The notes under the pieces: model-generated
The model's database searches: none
What the model was told of the DNA's origin: nothing
Seen by the model: only the letters and a program-made list of their open reading frames with translations
Source: Dehalococcoidia bacterium
GTDB lineage: Bacteria > Chloroflexota > Dehalococcoidia > Lucifugimonadales > Australimonadaceae
DNA length: 64,000 nt
Direction of reading: 5' to 3'
NCBI GenBank assembly: GCA_965116255.1
Contig: OZ220670.1
Location: forward strand, 522,293-586,292
Position numbers and translations under genes: made by a program
Shown here: in pieces, positions 27,600-37,369 of the stretch
How the letters are laid out: the number at the start of each line of letters is the position of its first letter
Numbering within the stretch: position 1 is the stretch's first letter

Positions 27600-28967
27600 T
27601 TACTTCGGCTCTTGCAGGACGCGGGCTGGGACACCTGCGACACGCTGGCCGGGCAGAACGTCGCTTGTGACAACGGCCCCGGCGCCAGTCATCGCCATTT
27701 CACCGATAGTGACTGGGGCGACGAGGAGGGTGTCACTACCGATGAATGCTCCGGCGCCAATAACCGTCTCATGCTTTGCAGCGCCGTCATAGTTACAGGT
27801 CACGGCGCCCGCGCCGATGTTGACGTCCTCCCCCACCCATGCATCCCCGATGTAGGAGAAGTGACCGACGTGGGAGCGTTCGCCGATAGTGCTGTTCTTT
27901 ATCTCGGCGTGGCTGCCGACGTAGGCCCCCTCTTTGAGAGTCGTTCCCGCACGTATGTGGGAAAAGGGCCCAACGTGTGCTTCCCGCTCCATCACCGCGC
28001 TATCGACAACTGCCCCGCTTACGGTACAGCGTTCGCCGACAGTCGCATTTGTGAGCACAGTGTTGGGCCCTATGATGCTTGACGCACCAATCGCCGAAAC
28101 GCCCCGGATGGAGGTGTTGGGATGCAACACGGCGTCACGGCCAAGCGTCACGGCATGGTCGAGGTAAACCGAGTTGGGAAGGATGAATGTGACACCCTGT
28201 TCCATCCAGCGTCCACGGAGGCGTTGTTGCATAGCCGCTTCGGCACGGGCAAGTTGCGAACGCGTGTTGACGCCGATGGCCTCGTCGGGATCGTCAAGGA
28301 CGAAGGCCTCAACTCGGCGCCCGTCGGCGACCGCCTGCCCGATGAGGTCAGTTACGTAGTATTCGCCATTATCATGTGGTTTGAGTTGCTGCACGGCGTG
28401 AGGCAGCCACTCTGCGTCGAATGCGTAGGCGCCGGCAACTACTTCTGTCTCGGGTGAGGAGCGCTCACCTGCAGGCACGTCGTCCGCCTCGACGATGGCA
28501 ATGGGCTTACCGCGCGCGCCTCTCCGAAAGCGCCCAAGGTCACCGGCCTCTCGCGATGGAAGCAACGCGGTCAGCACCGTTGCAGCTGCGTCACGCTGCT
28601 CATGCACGTCTGCGAGGGCTTGGAGCGTCTCGCCACGAACGAGAGGCACGTCGGCATTGAGCACGAGGACAGAGCGGGATGCGATTCTGTCGGCGCCCAG
28701 GCCGACCGCGAGGGCATTGCCAGTGCCGAGCTGTTCGGGCTGCTCGATGTACGCAACGTTTTCGCCGCAAGCATCTTGGATGTCGTCCCGGTTGTTAGGC
28801 GAAATCACGAGGGAGATTGCATCGGGAGCGACATGGCGGGTCGCGGCGAGTACGTAGTGAACGATGGGGAGTCCCGCAAGCTGGTGCAGGGCTTTGGGCA
28901 CGGCGGACTGCATCCGCTCTCCCTTGCCCGCAGCCATCACAATGGCCGACCAGTTGCCGGTCTGCAT
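27600..28967 (-). CDS. glmU: bifunctional UDP-N-acetylglucosamine pyrophosphorylase / glucosamine-1-phosphate N-acetyltransferase
   Basis: N-terminal SAIVMAAGKGERM nucleotidyltransferase motif and a C-terminal left-handed beta-helix of hexapeptide repeats. Start is set at ATG 28967 (MQTGNWSAIVMAAGKG). The ORF-track start 29018 runs through the tandem repeat. Confidence 0.9.
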   Translation of the reverse strand: MQTGNWSAIVMAAGKGERMQSAVPKALHQLAGLPIVHYVLAATRHVAPDAISLVISPNNRDDIQDACGENVAYIEQPEQLGTGNALAVGLGADRIASRSVLVLNADVPLVRGETLQALADVHEQRDAAATVLTALLPSREAGDLGRFRRGARGKPIAIVEADDVPAGERSSPETEVVAGAYAFDAEWLPHAVQQLKPHDNGEYYVTDLIGQAVADGRRVEAFVLDDPDEAIGVNTRSQLARAEAAMQQRLRGRWMEQGVTFILPNSVYLDHAVTLGRDAVLHPNTSIRGVSAIGASSIIGPNTVLTNATVGERCTVSGAVVDSAVMEREAHVGPFSHIRAGTTLKEGAYVGSHAEIKNSTIGERSHVGHFSYIGDAWVGEDVNIGAGAVTCNYDGAAKHETVIGAGAFIGSDTLLVAPVTIGEMAMTGAGAVVTSDVLPGQRVAGVPARVLQEPK

Positions 28968-28973
28968 TTCCTT

Positions 28974-29027
28974 TACGTGCCGCTTGAGCACGTTGGCAAA
29001 TACGTGCCGCTTGAGCACGTTGGCAAA
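28974..29027. repeat. perfect 27-bp tandem duplication (2 copies)
   Basis: TACGTGCCGCTTGAGCACGTTGGCAAA at 28974-29000 is repeated exactly at 29001-29027. It lies 6 nt upstream (in gene orientation) of the glmU ATG. Confidence 0.95.
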
Positions 29028-29088
29028 ATGCTATGTGCGCGGCGCCAACAGTGTCAATAGCAACCGGCTCCTGCGCTATACTGGTCCC

Positions 29089-29180
29089 GGGAGAGATGGC
29101 CGAGCGGTTGAAGGCGACGGTCTCGAAAACCGTTGTACCGGTCTCCGGTACCGTGGGTTCGAATCCCACTCTCTCCGCCA
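29089..29180 (+). tRNA. tRNA-Ser (anticodon CGA), CCA encoded
   Basis: GGAGAGA acceptor, anticodon arm ACGGT CTCGAAA ACCGT, long variable arm, T-arm GTGGG TTCGAAT CCCAC, then TCTCTCC G CCA. TATACT sits 7 nt upstream of position 1. Confidence 0.92.
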
Positions 29181-29218
29181 CTTCAATGCAATGGGATGGT
29201 CGAGGTGGCGTTGGGAAC

Positions 29219-29307
29219 GGAGAGGTGCTGGAGTGGCCGAACAGGCACGACTGGAAATCGTGTAGGGGTCCTGCCCCTCGCGGGTTCGAATCCCGCCCTC
29301 TCCGCCA
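29219..29307 (+). tRNA. tRNA-Ser (anticodon GGA), CCA encoded
   Basis: GGAGAGG acceptor, anticodon arm CACGA CTGGAAA TCGTG, long variable arm, T-arm GCGGG TTCGAAT CCCGC, then CCTCTCC G CCA. Confidence 0.92.
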
Positions 29308-29527
29308 AATGCCCCTTGCACCCCGCTGCACCGAAGCCGCAGGCGGCGCGGCTGATAGAGGCGCCCCAGTACGGAGCCTTCGCGCGTCGACGAGACGGGC
29401 CTGGAGGCGGGCATGCAGGTGCCAAGTGTCGCGAGCACGCTTGTACTCTTGGCGTTGCGAGGGTTGGTGCGCCAAGTTGGTAGGGTAAACTACGCCCGCG
29501 CGAGAGAAGCAGCGGCGGCCTAACCGG

Positions 29528-31765
29528 TTGTCGCGCCTGCTCGCAGTAACGAACCAGAAAGCAACAGTGGCAACTAGATCAACCAGCAAGTCTGTGCCCA
29601 AACGCAGCGGCAGCAAGCACCTCGTCATCGTTGAATCCCCAGCCAAAGCGCGGACCATAGGGCGCTACCTTGGCAATGGGTACGAGGTCAAAGCATCGAT
29701 GGGGCACGTGCGCGATTTGCCGCAGAAGCAGTTCGGCGTCGCCGTTGAGCGTGATTTCGCGCCCCGCTACGAGGTGATGGCGGACAAACGAAAGGTCATT
29801 GCCGACCTGAAGAGGGCGGCAGACGGCGCAGGTGACATTTACCTAGCAACCGACCCTGATCGCGAGGGGGAGGCCATCTCTTGGCACCTACTCAAGGCGG
29901 CTGGTTGGGAAGACCGGCCAGTCAAGCGGGTGGTCTTTCACCAAATCACGCCGGATGCCATCAAAGAGGCGTTTGCCGGCGACCGCAGCATCGACATGCG
30001 CTTGGTAAACGCACAGCAAGCACGCCGCATCCTCGACCGCATCGTCGGCTACCCACTAAGCCGTCTACTCTGGAGCAAAGTCCAAGGCGGATTGTCGGCG
30101 GGCCGCGTACAGTCGGTCGCGCTGCGGCTGGTCGTCGAACGCGACCGCGAAATCGAGGCCTTTCAGCCAGTCGAATACTGGTCGATCGAGGCAGCGCTAC
30201 AAGCAGAACAAGGCGGCCCGTTTACCGCGTCTTACTTCGGGGCGGCAGGCGAAAAGAAGCGGCGAGACCTGCCGAGGGCTGACAGCGCCGCCGAAGTCAT
30301 TCGCGACCTTCAGAATGGACGCTACAGTGTCGCTAACGTGACCAAGCGCGAGACGAAACGCAGGCCGTGGGCGCCTTTCATCACGAGCACGTTGCAGCAA
30401 GAGGCCTGGCGCCAACTGCGCTTCTCCGCCCGCAAGACGATGAGCGTGGCGCAACAGTTGTACGAGGGCGTCGACTTAGGCGCACAGGGCTCTATCGGCC
30501 TTATTACGTACATGCGAACCGACTCGCCATCGGTGGCGGCAGTGGCAGTGAACGAGGCGCGGACGTACATAGGTCACCAGTGGGGTGATGCGTATGTGCC
30601 GTCCTCACCAAGGCGCTACACAGCGCGCTCCAAAGTGGCGCAGGAAGCGCACGAAGCAGTGCGTCCCACGTCGATCGCGCGCGATCCTGCCTCGCTGCGA
30701 AGCGAGCTAACCAGTGACCAGTTCCGGCTGTACGACCTCATCTGGAAACGGATGGTTGCGAGCCAGATGGCCGACGCCGTGCTCGACTCGACATCGCTCG
30801 ACATCGAGGCGCAGGGAGCGTCGCAGACGCACCTGTTCCGCGCCGCCGGCTCCGTTGTCAAGTTTCCCGGCTTTCGTGTGCTGTACACGGAAGCGAAGGA
30901 CGAGGAGAAGAAGCCTGCGGACCATTCGGCGGAGCCAGAGGCGGGCGACGAGCGCACGCTGCCACTGGTCTCCAAGGGTGATGCGCTGGAATGCAGCGGC
31001 CTAACGCCTGAGCAACACTTCACGCAACCCCCACCGCGCTATACCGAAGCGAGCCTCATTCGCGCGCTGGAAGACCACGGAATCGGTCGGCCCAGTACGT
31101 ACGCACCGACCATTAGCACCATCGTGGACCGACAGTACGTAGAGCGGGAGCGTGGCGTCCTCAAGTCGACCAAACTCGGCCAGGTGGTTGCCGACCAGCT
31201 GTCAGGACACTTCCCCGACATCATGGACCTGGACTTTACCGCCAAGCTGGAAGACCAGTTAGACGATGTCGCAAACGGGACAACGGAGTGGGTGCCGCTA
31301 CTCAGGGATTTCTACTCGCCCTTCAAAGCAGCGCTGGAGCGCGCACGGGAGAAGATGCCAAAGGTACGGGTGGAAGAGCCTACTGACGAAGTATGCGAGA
31401 AATGCGGGCGCCCGATGGTCATCAAGGTGGGGCGGTTTGGCCCATTCCTCGGCTGCTCGGGCTTTCCCGACTGCCGCAACATTCGGCGGGTGGAGAAGAA
31501 CAGCGGCGTGCCCTGTCCCAAGTGTGGGGGCAACCTCGTAGAAAGACGATCCCGCAATAAGATGCGCGGCAGGACCAGTACTTTTTGGGGCTGCTCCAAT
31601 TACCCTGAGTGCGACTTCCTAGTGAACAGGGCGCCGTTGCCTCAACCTTGCCCGGAGTGCGAGGGACTGCTTGTATCTGATGGTCGGAACAGAGCACGCT
31701 GTACCAACTGCGCCTACAAGGGCCAAGTTCTGGAGGACGAGCGCGATACCACACCCACAGGCTAG
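29528..31765 (+). CDS. topA: DNA topoisomerase I
   Basis: Toprim LVIVESPAKARTIGRYLG, DPDREGEAISWH, and active-site region YMRTDS. C-terminal Cys4 zinc ribbons (CEKCGRPM..., CPKCGGNL..., CPECEGLL...). Start codon is uncertain (TTG 29528 or GTG 29567). Confidence 0.92.
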   Translation: MSRLLAVTNQKATVATRSTSKSVPKRSGSKHLVIVESPAKARTIGRYLGNGYEVKASMGHVRDLPQKQFGVAVERDFAPRYEVMADKRKVIADLKRAADGAGDIYLATDPDREGEAISWHLLKAAGWEDRPVKRVVFHQITPDAIKEAFAGDRSIDMRLVNAQQARRILDRIVGYPLSRLLWSKVQGGLSAGRVQSVALRLVVERDREIEAFQPVEYWSIEAALQAEQGGPFTASYFGAAGEKKRRDLPRADSAAEVIRDLQNGRYSVANVTKRETKRRPWAPFITSTLQQEAWRQLRFSARKTMSVAQQLYEGVDLGAQGSIGLITYMRTDSPSVAAVAVNEARTYIGHQWGDAYVPSSPRRYTARSKVAQEAHEAVRPTSIARDPASLRSELTSDQFRLYDLIWKRMVASQMADAVLDSTSLDIEAQGASQTHLFRAAGSVVKFPGFRVLYTEAKDEEKKPADHSAEPEAGDERTLPLVSKGDALECSGLTPEQHFTQPPPRYTEASLIRALEDHGIGRPSTYAPTISTIVDRQYVERERGVLKSTKLGQVVADQLSGHFPDIMDLDFTAKLEDQLDDVANGTTEWVPLLRDFYSPFKAALERAREKMPKVRVEEPTDEVCEKCGRPMVIKVGRFGPFLGCSGFPDCRNIRRVEKNSGVPCPKCGGNLVERRSRNKMRGRTSTFWGCSNYPECDFLVNRAPLPQPCPECEGLLVSDGRNRARCTNCAYKGQVLEDERDTTPTG

Positions 31766-31768
31766 GCC

Positions 31769-32815
31769 GTGACGCGCCCTGCCCTGCTCGATGCCTACGA
31801 GCGTCACATTAGCGCCGCGCGCGGCCTCGCGACCCCCACCGTCCGCAACTACATCGCAGACCTGCAGCCGTTCGTCGAGTATTTGGCGAATGAGGGAATC
31901 GACCTCGGCGACAAGGCAGAAGGGTTGCAGGGCTTCGTCGGGCGGACTGTGGGGCGTGGCGCAAATCGTGAGTACCGCCTGCTCGTCCGTGACTACGTTG
32001 CCTGGCTGCTGGAGCGGCGCAAGCTGACGGCGGGGTTGCGGGCCGGCGAGCGTGGTCACGAGCCTACGAGTGTCACCCGGTGCCTCGTTGCGCTGCGCAC
32101 CTTCATGCGCTACCTCATAACCGAGGGCCTACTGCCTGATGCGTCACTATGGGCGCCGCGCTCGGGGCTGATGCGAGGCTACACGCCCAAAACGGCGCGG
32201 CGGCTGCCCGACACGCTCTCTTCCACGCAAGCCGCGCACCTGCTCGATACTGCAGGCAAGCCCAAGGCTGGGGATGAGCACCAAGTCGGTGCGCTGCACC
32301 TGCGCGACGCGGCCATCCTTGAATTGCTTTATGGCTGTGGGCTGCGCGTAAGCGAGGTCACGAGTCTAGACGTGGCATCACTCTCGGGCAGAACGCTGCG
32401 CGTCGTCGGCAAGGGCTCCAAGACACGCGAGGTCCCGTTGGGCAAGCCTGCGCTTGTCGCGGTGCATCGCTACATCGACAAGGGGCGAGAGCGGCTGACG
32501 CGCGTTTCAAAAGAGCAAGCGCTGTTCCTGAACGCAGCGGGCGGCCGGCTTTCGCAGCGGGCGGTGCAACAGATGGTGCGACGGCAAGCGGCAACGGCGG
32601 ATATAGCTCACCACGTGCACCCGCACACGCTGCGCCACTCATACGCAACACATCTGCTGGACGGAGGGGCCGACCTACGCATTGTCCAGGAATTGCTGGG
32701 GCACTCTACGCCGACCGCAACACAGGTGTACACTCATATCAGCCGGGGCGAGGCGAGACGGGTGTACCTGCAAGCACACCCGATGGCCCGCCAATCCGGT
32801 GGCGAATCAGCTTAG
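31769..32815 (+). CDS. xerC: site-specific tyrosine recombinase XerC/XerD family
   Basis: N-terminal SAM-like core-binding domain. Catalytic region ...GLRVSE...HPHTLRHSYATHLLDGGADLRIVQELLGHSTPTATQVYTHI (R, H-x-x-R, H, Y). C versus D cannot be distinguished by eye. Confidence 0.8.
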   Translation: MTRPALLDAYERHISAARGLATPTVRNYIADLQPFVEYLANEGIDLGDKAEGLQGFVGRTVGRGANREYRLLVRDYVAWLLERRKLTAGLRAGERGHEPTSVTRCLVALRTFMRYLITEGLLPDASLWAPRSGLMRGYTPKTARRLPDTLSSTQAAHLLDTAGKPKAGDEHQVGALHLRDAAILELLYGCGLRVSEVTSLDVASLSGRTLRVVGKGSKTREVPLGKPALVAVHRYIDKGRERLTRVSKEQALFLNAAGGRLSQRAVQQMVRRQAATADIAHHVHPHTLRHSYATHLLDGGADLRIVQELLGHSTPTATQVYTHISRGEARRVYLQAHPMARQSGGESA

Positions 32816-32834
32816 ACTCCGGCGGGATGGTCTC

Positions 32835-33281
32835 GTGAGCGTACTGGTCATCAACGGTCCCAACCTGAACCTGCTGGGGACACGCGAGCCTGAGATCTAC
32901 GGGGCGACAACGCTTGCCGAGGTGGAGGGGCAGCTGCGACAGTACGGCGAGACAATGGGCGTGGTGCTCGACTTCTTCCAGTCCAACAGTGAGGCCGAGC
33001 TCATCGACTGCATCCAGACCAAGGGACCGGAGTCGCAGGGGATCATCATCAATGCGGGTGGCCTGAGCCACACGAGCGTTGCGCTGCGCGACGCGGTGGC
33101 CACGCTCTCGATGCCTGTGATCGAGGTACACATCTCCAACGTGTACGCGCGCGAACGGTTCCGGCACCGCTCGTACCTATCGGGGGTCGCGACCGGTGTC
33201 ATCGTAGGGCTGGGAACGCACGGCTACCTGCTCGCGTTGGACTACCTGGCCGAAGTGGGGATAGGCGGAGGGAGACCATGA
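32835..33281 (+). CDS. aroQ: type II 3-dehydroquinate dehydratase
   Basis: VLVINGPNLNLLGTREPEIYG, INAGGLSHTSVALRDA and IEVHISN motifs. GTG 32835 is chosen; the ORF-track upstream extension overlaps xerC. Confidence 0.9.
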   Translation: MSVLVINGPNLNLLGTREPEIYGATTLAEVEGQLRQYGETMGVVLDFFQSNSEAELIDCIQTKGPESQGIIINAGGLSHTSVALRDAVATLSMPVIEVHISNVYARERFRHRSYLSGVATGVIVGLGTHGYLLALDYLAEVGIGGGRP

Positions 33282-34366
33282 GTAAGCAACGTCGCATAGA
33301 GCGGCTGCGAGAGAAGATGGCCGCCGAATCGCTGGACGCATTTCTTGTCACATCCAAGGAAAACAGGCACTACTTCTCGGGCTTTCGCGGCTCGGCGGGC
33401 GCGCTATGGCTGACGAAGGACGACGCCATGCTGGCAACCGATTTCCGCTACACCGAACAGGCGGGGTTGCAAGCGCCCGACTACCGTATCGTGCGCATCG
33501 GCGGTGGGTTGGAGTGGTTGAAGGAGGAGGTGGGCGGAGCAGGCGCCCAGCGAATCGGTATCGAGTCGGGCGACATGACGGTCGGCCTGTTCAACGCTGT
33601 CAACGAAGCGCTCAAGGAGTTGGAGCCGCAGCCGGAGTTCGTGCCGACGGGAACCATGGCCGAGGAATTGCGGGCCGTCAAGGAGCCCGAGGAGCTGGCG
33701 CTGCTAGAGGAAGCCATTCGCATCGCCGACGTGGCTATAGAGGCGATTGGTGCTCAACTGCACCCCGGCCTTACGGAGCGGGAGATCGCTTGGATGCTGG
33801 AGAGGAAGATGCGGGAGAACGGAGCAGACGCGCTGTCGTTCGACACGATCGTCGCGTCCGGGCCGAACGGCGCCAAGCCGCACCACAAGCCGACCGACCG
33901 CGCTATTGAGCGCGGAGACGGTGTTACCGTCGACATGGGCGCCCTGTACGAGGGCTACTGCAGCGACATCACCCGGACATTCGTGCTCGGGAAGGCGGGA
34001 AAGAGATTCCGCGAGGTGTACGACATCGTGTTGGCGGCGCAACTGGCGGCCGAAGAAACGGCGCGCGCCGGCATGACGGGGCAAGAGGTAGACGGCATCG
34101 CGCGCAAGGTCATCGACGATGCGGGATACGCCGAGGCGTTCGGGCACAGTCTGGGCCACGGTATCGGCGTAGCTGTCCACGAGTTCCCGCGAGTTGGGCC
34201 ATTCTCCGACAAGCAGGTCATCGAAGACGGGATGGTGTTCAGCGTCGAGCCAGGCATCTATCTGACGGGATGGGGCGGCGTGCGCATCGAGGACTTGGTG
34301 GTGATGGAGGGCGGCATGCCGCGCGTCATCACGTCCGCACACAAGCGCGACCTCGTTGAGATCTAA
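33278..34366 (+). CDS. M24 family Xaa-Pro aminopeptidase/dipeptidase
   Basis: Creatinase-like N-domain plus pita-bread domain with metal ligands (DMGALYEGYCSDITRT, HSLGHGIG, EPGIY, IED). 4-nt overlap with aroQ. Confidence 0.88.
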   Translation: MSKQRRIERLREKMAAESLDAFLVTSKENRHYFSGFRGSAGALWLTKDDAMLATDFRYTEQAGLQAPDYRIVRIGGGLEWLKEEVGGAGAQRIGIESGDMTVGLFNAVNEALKELEPQPEFVPTGTMAEELRAVKEPEELALLEEAIRIADVAIEAIGAQLHPGLTEREIAWMLERKMRENGADALSFDTIVASGPNGAKPHHKPTDRAIERGDGVTVDMGALYEGYCSDITRTFVLGKAGKRFREVYDIVLAAQLAAEETARAGMTGQEVDGIARKVIDDAGYAEAFGHSLGHGIGVAVHEFPRVGPFSDKQVIEDGMVFSVEPGIYLTGWGGVRIEDLVVMEGGMPRVITSAHKRDLVEI

Positions 34367-34391
34367 CCCACACTAGGAGCAGCAGGGACTC

Positions 34392-34958
34392 ATGGTCATC
34401 AACTTCGGGGACCTCCACCGTGGTCTTTCGGTCGAGATAGACGGAGTGCCATTCCGTGTGGAGGAGTACTCGCAACAGAAGATGCAGCAGCGCGCGCCAA
34501 CGTACACCATCAAGTTGCGCAACATCCTGACGGGCCAGCTGATTGAGCGCAAATACTCCGGGTACGGCATGGAGTTGCGGGCGGCGCGGGTACAAAACCG
34601 CGACTCGACGTTCCTGTACGAGGACGCGGGCGCGTACTACTTCATGGACTCAGAGACTTATGACCAGTACGAGCTAACCTCGGATGTGCTGGGCGACTCG
34701 GTACGATTCCTCGTTGAGCAGGCGCCGGTTGAAGTGGTGATATTCCAAGGAAAGCCGGTAAGCGTGGAGCTGCCGGTAACAGTCGATCTAGAGGTCGCGG
34801 ACACGCCGCCCGCGCACAAGGGCGACACGCAGAGTGGCGGCAACAAACCGGCGACGACGAGCACGGGCGTCGTCGTAACCGTGCCCATATTCATCAATAT
34901 CGGGGACATCATTCGAGTTGATACGCGTACCGGCGCCTACGTCACGCGCGTTACCTAG
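34392..34958 (+). CDS. efp: elongation factor P
   Basis: 188 aa. EF-P three-domain pattern (NFGDLHRG..., KGDTQSGGNKPATTSTG, IRVDTRTGAYVTR). Confidence 0.92.
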   Translation: MVINFGDLHRGLSVEIDGVPFRVEEYSQQKMQQRAPTYTIKLRNILTGQLIERKYSGYGMELRAARVQNRDSTFLYEDAGAYYFMDSETYDQYELTSDVLGDSVRFLVEQAPVEVVIFQGKPVSVELPVTVDLEVADTPPAHKGDTQSGGNKPATTSTGVVVTVPIFINIGDIIRVDTRTGAYVTRVT

Positions 34959-35020
34959 AGGCACTATGGGGCAGCGGCCACTTGCCCAAAGGCGCCCTCG
35001 GCTGGCACCCTATTCATGTC

Positions 35021-36286
35021 ATGGCGTCGCAAGTCTTCACCGTCCGCGAACTGGTCGCCTACATTCAAGTATCGCTCGAGAACGACCAATTGCTGCGCGA
35101 CGTGTGGCTGTCTGGAGAAGTAGCGGACTATAGCCGCTCGGCAGCAGGCCATTCCTACTTCACACTGCGGGACGGTGATGTCTCGTTTCGCTGCGTGCTG
35201 TTCAATTTACGCCCCGGCGCAGAGCATCTGGCCATCGGCGCGCAGGTCAACTTGCACGGGCGCGTCGCGGTCTACCAGGCGCGCGGGGAGGTGCAGTTCA
35301 ACGCGGACAAGGTGCTCGCAGCCGGGCAGGGAGAAGAGGCTGCCAAGCTCCAATTGCTAATGGCGAAATTGGAGCACGAGGGCCTATTCGACTCCGCGCG
35401 CAAGCGGCAACTGCCTGCGCTCCCCAAGCGCATAGGTGTCGTTACTTCCGAGCAGGGCGCCGCATTCCAGGACATTGTCAAGACGCTCAGTCGCCGCTAC
35501 GGGCTGGCCGAGGTGCTGCTTTCACCGACGCTGGTGCAGGGGGACAGCGCGCCGGACGAAATCGTGCGCGCCATACGTCGGCTGAACGAGATAGGCAATA
35601 TCGACGTGCTAATCGTTGGTAGGGGCGGCGGCTCGGCGGAGGACCTGGCGGCGTTCAATTCGGAAGTGGTAGCGCGGGCAGTCTATGCTAGCGCCATCCC
35701 TGTCGTCAGCGCAGTAGGGCACGAGGCGGACACGACGGTTATCGACTTCGTGGCCGACCTCCGTGCAGCGACCCCGACGGCAGCAGCCGAGATGGTGGCA
35801 CCAGACAGAGCAGCGCTCATCCAAGAGAGCAACTCGCTAGTGCGTCACGCCGCAGGGCTAGTAAAGCAGTTCGTGACCGAACAGGCCGGCCAGCTGGCAG
35901 AGACAGTCAACAGGCTGGAGTGGCGGATTCCCGATTTCGACGGGCGGCGACAGGGCGTGGACGATGCAATGTCGCAGGTGACGAACAGGATTGAGCGGAC
36001 GCTCCGCCAGCACAAAGCCGGTGTGCAGAGCAACGAAGCGTCTCTCGTAGCGCTGAACCCAGTCGGAGTACTTTCCCGAGGCTATGCGACGCTAAGCCGC
36101 CAGAGCGGCGACGTCATCGCCTCAGTCCAGGGCGTGCAGCGAGGGGACCTATTCCGCGCTACCCTGTCGGACGGGTCATTCGACGCTGTAGCAGGAGGAA
36201 CGGACGAGCAATCCAAGCCGAGCCGCTTACAGCGCGCCAATCGGCAACGGAGCGATAGCGATGGACGACAACCAAGTCTCCTTTGA
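35021..36286 (+). CDS. xseA: exodeoxyribonuclease VII large subunit
   Basis: N-terminal OB fold (VFTVRELVAYIQVSLEND...VWLSGEVADYSRSAAGHSYFTLRD) and catalytic region RGGGSAEDLAAFN. ATG 35021 is chosen by N-terminal conservation. Confidence 0.9.
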   Translation: MASQVFTVRELVAYIQVSLENDQLLRDVWLSGEVADYSRSAAGHSYFTLRDGDVSFRCVLFNLRPGAEHLAIGAQVNLHGRVAVYQARGEVQFNADKVLAAGQGEEAAKLQLLMAKLEHEGLFDSARKRQLPALPKRIGVVTSEQGAAFQDIVKTLSRRYGLAEVLLSPTLVQGDSAPDEIVRAIRRLNEIGNIDVLIVGRGGGSAEDLAAFNSEVVARAVYASAIPVVSAVGHEADTTVIDFVADLRAATPTAAAEMVAPDRAALIQESNSLVRHAAGLVKQFVTEQAGQLAETVNRLEWRIPDFDGRRQGVDDAMSQVTNRIERTLRQHKAGVQSNEASLVALNPVGVLSRGYATLSRQSGDVIASVQGVQRGDLFRATLSDGSFDAVAGGTDEQSKPSRLQRANRQRSDSDGRQPSLL

Positions 36287-36554
36287 GGAGGCCTACGCAC
36301 AACTACGCGAAACGGTGAAGGCGCTGGAGGCGGGTAATCTGCCGCTGGCGGAGGCAACGCGTCTCTTTGAAGAAGGCATGCGATTGGCCAAGCAATGCAA
36401 CTCGGTGCTTTCGGCGGCTGAACTCAAAATCACCAAGCTCCAGCAGGAGTACGACTCGCTGCCGGAAGAATCGGCAGACTACGAGGAGGTCACATCATTT
36501 GATGACGTGCCTGCAGGTACGGATAGTCCTGCCCTGCCCTTCGACGAGCCATGA
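36261..36554 (+). CDS. xseB: exodeoxyribonuclease VII small subunit
   Basis: VSFEEAYAQLRETVKALEAGNLPLAEATRLFEEGMRLAKQC is typical of XseB. Overlaps the xseA 3' end by 26 nt. Has an acidic C-terminal tail. Confidence 0.88.
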   Translation: MDDNQVSFEEAYAQLRETVKALEAGNLPLAEATRLFEEGMRLAKQCNSVLSAAELKITKLQQEYDSLPEESADYEEVTSFDDVPAGTDSPALPFDEP

Positions 36555-37369
36555 CGCTCGAACTGGCCTGGTTCACGGCCGGGCGCGGCCCTGGCTCACG
36601 CGCAATGTTCGAACACGCGCTGCAAGCCATCGATAGCGGCCACCTCGACGCGCGCATCAACGTCGTCTTAATGCAGCGAGAGCGCGGAGAAGGAGAAGGC
36701 TCCGATGCCTTCATCGACCTGGTCGAGTCGCGCGAGATACCGCTGGAAGCACTGTCGGCACGTCGCTTTCGGGAGAAGCGCGGAGGCAGCTTCGCATCGC
36801 ACCGCGACGCGTACGACGCTCGCGTCCACGACCGAATAGCGCCGTACGCGCCCGCCCTATGCGTGCTAGCCGGCTACCTGCTCATCTTGGGTGAGGCAAT
36901 GACGCGCGCATACCCCTTCGTGAACATGCACGGCGCGTTGCCGGGAGGGCCGGTGGGGTTGTGGCAAAGGGTCATCTGGCAGCTGATGGATGAGCAGGCG
37001 GAGGAGAGCGGCGTAATGACCTTCCTCGTGACACCTGAGCTCGATAGGGGGCCGCCCATTGCCTATGCGCGGTTCGGCCTGCGCGGTGCGGTATTCGACC
37101 CGCTATGGGCTGAGCTTGAAGGGCAATCGGTCGAGGAACTGCAGGCGACGCTTGGGGAAGATGCGCCACTCTTTCGGGCAATTCGCCGCGAAGGACTGTT
37201 GCGCGAGCCCCCCCTGCTGCTGGCTACTCTACGCGCGCTGGCTAGCGGCGAACGCACGCTATCCGACGAGCAGGTATTCGACAGAAACGGACAGCCCGCT
37301 CCGCCCTACGACCTGACGGCGCAGGTTAACGCGGCAATCGCCGAAGCATCACGCGAGGCAGCACCATGA
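36551..37369 (+). CDS. formyltransferase-family protein (PurN-like core with C-terminal extension)
   Basis: PurN-like catalytic residues in order: N and H in VNMHGALPGGPVG, and D in LVTPELDRGPPIA. ~90 extra C-terminal residues. ATGA overlap with xseB. Confidence 0.6.
   Translation: MTLELAWFTAGRGPGSRAMFEHALQAIDSGHLDARINVVLMQRERGEGEGSDAFIDLVESREIPLEALSARRFREKRGGSFASHRDAYDARVHDRIAPYAPALCVLAGYLLILGEAMTRAYPFVNMHGALPGGPVGLWQRVIWQLMDEQAEESGVMTFLVTPELDRGPPIAYARFGLRGAVFDPLWAELEGQSVEELQATLGEDAPLFRAIRREGLLREPPLLLATLRALASGERTLSDEQVFDRNGQPAPPYDLTAQVNAAIAEASREAAP

Noticed and set aside
28974-29027. 27-bp direct repeats, considered as a CRISPR array
   Set aside because: There are only two copies, they are directly adjacent with no spacer, and no cas genes are present. 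It is a simple tandem duplication.
31769-32815. Tyrosine recombinase next to two tRNA-Ser genes, considered as the integrase of an integrated element
   Set aside because: Both neighbours are housekeeping genes (topA, aroQ, pepP-like, efp). There is no att-like tRNA 3' duplication and no phage or cargo genes. The domain layout fits chromosomal XerC/D.
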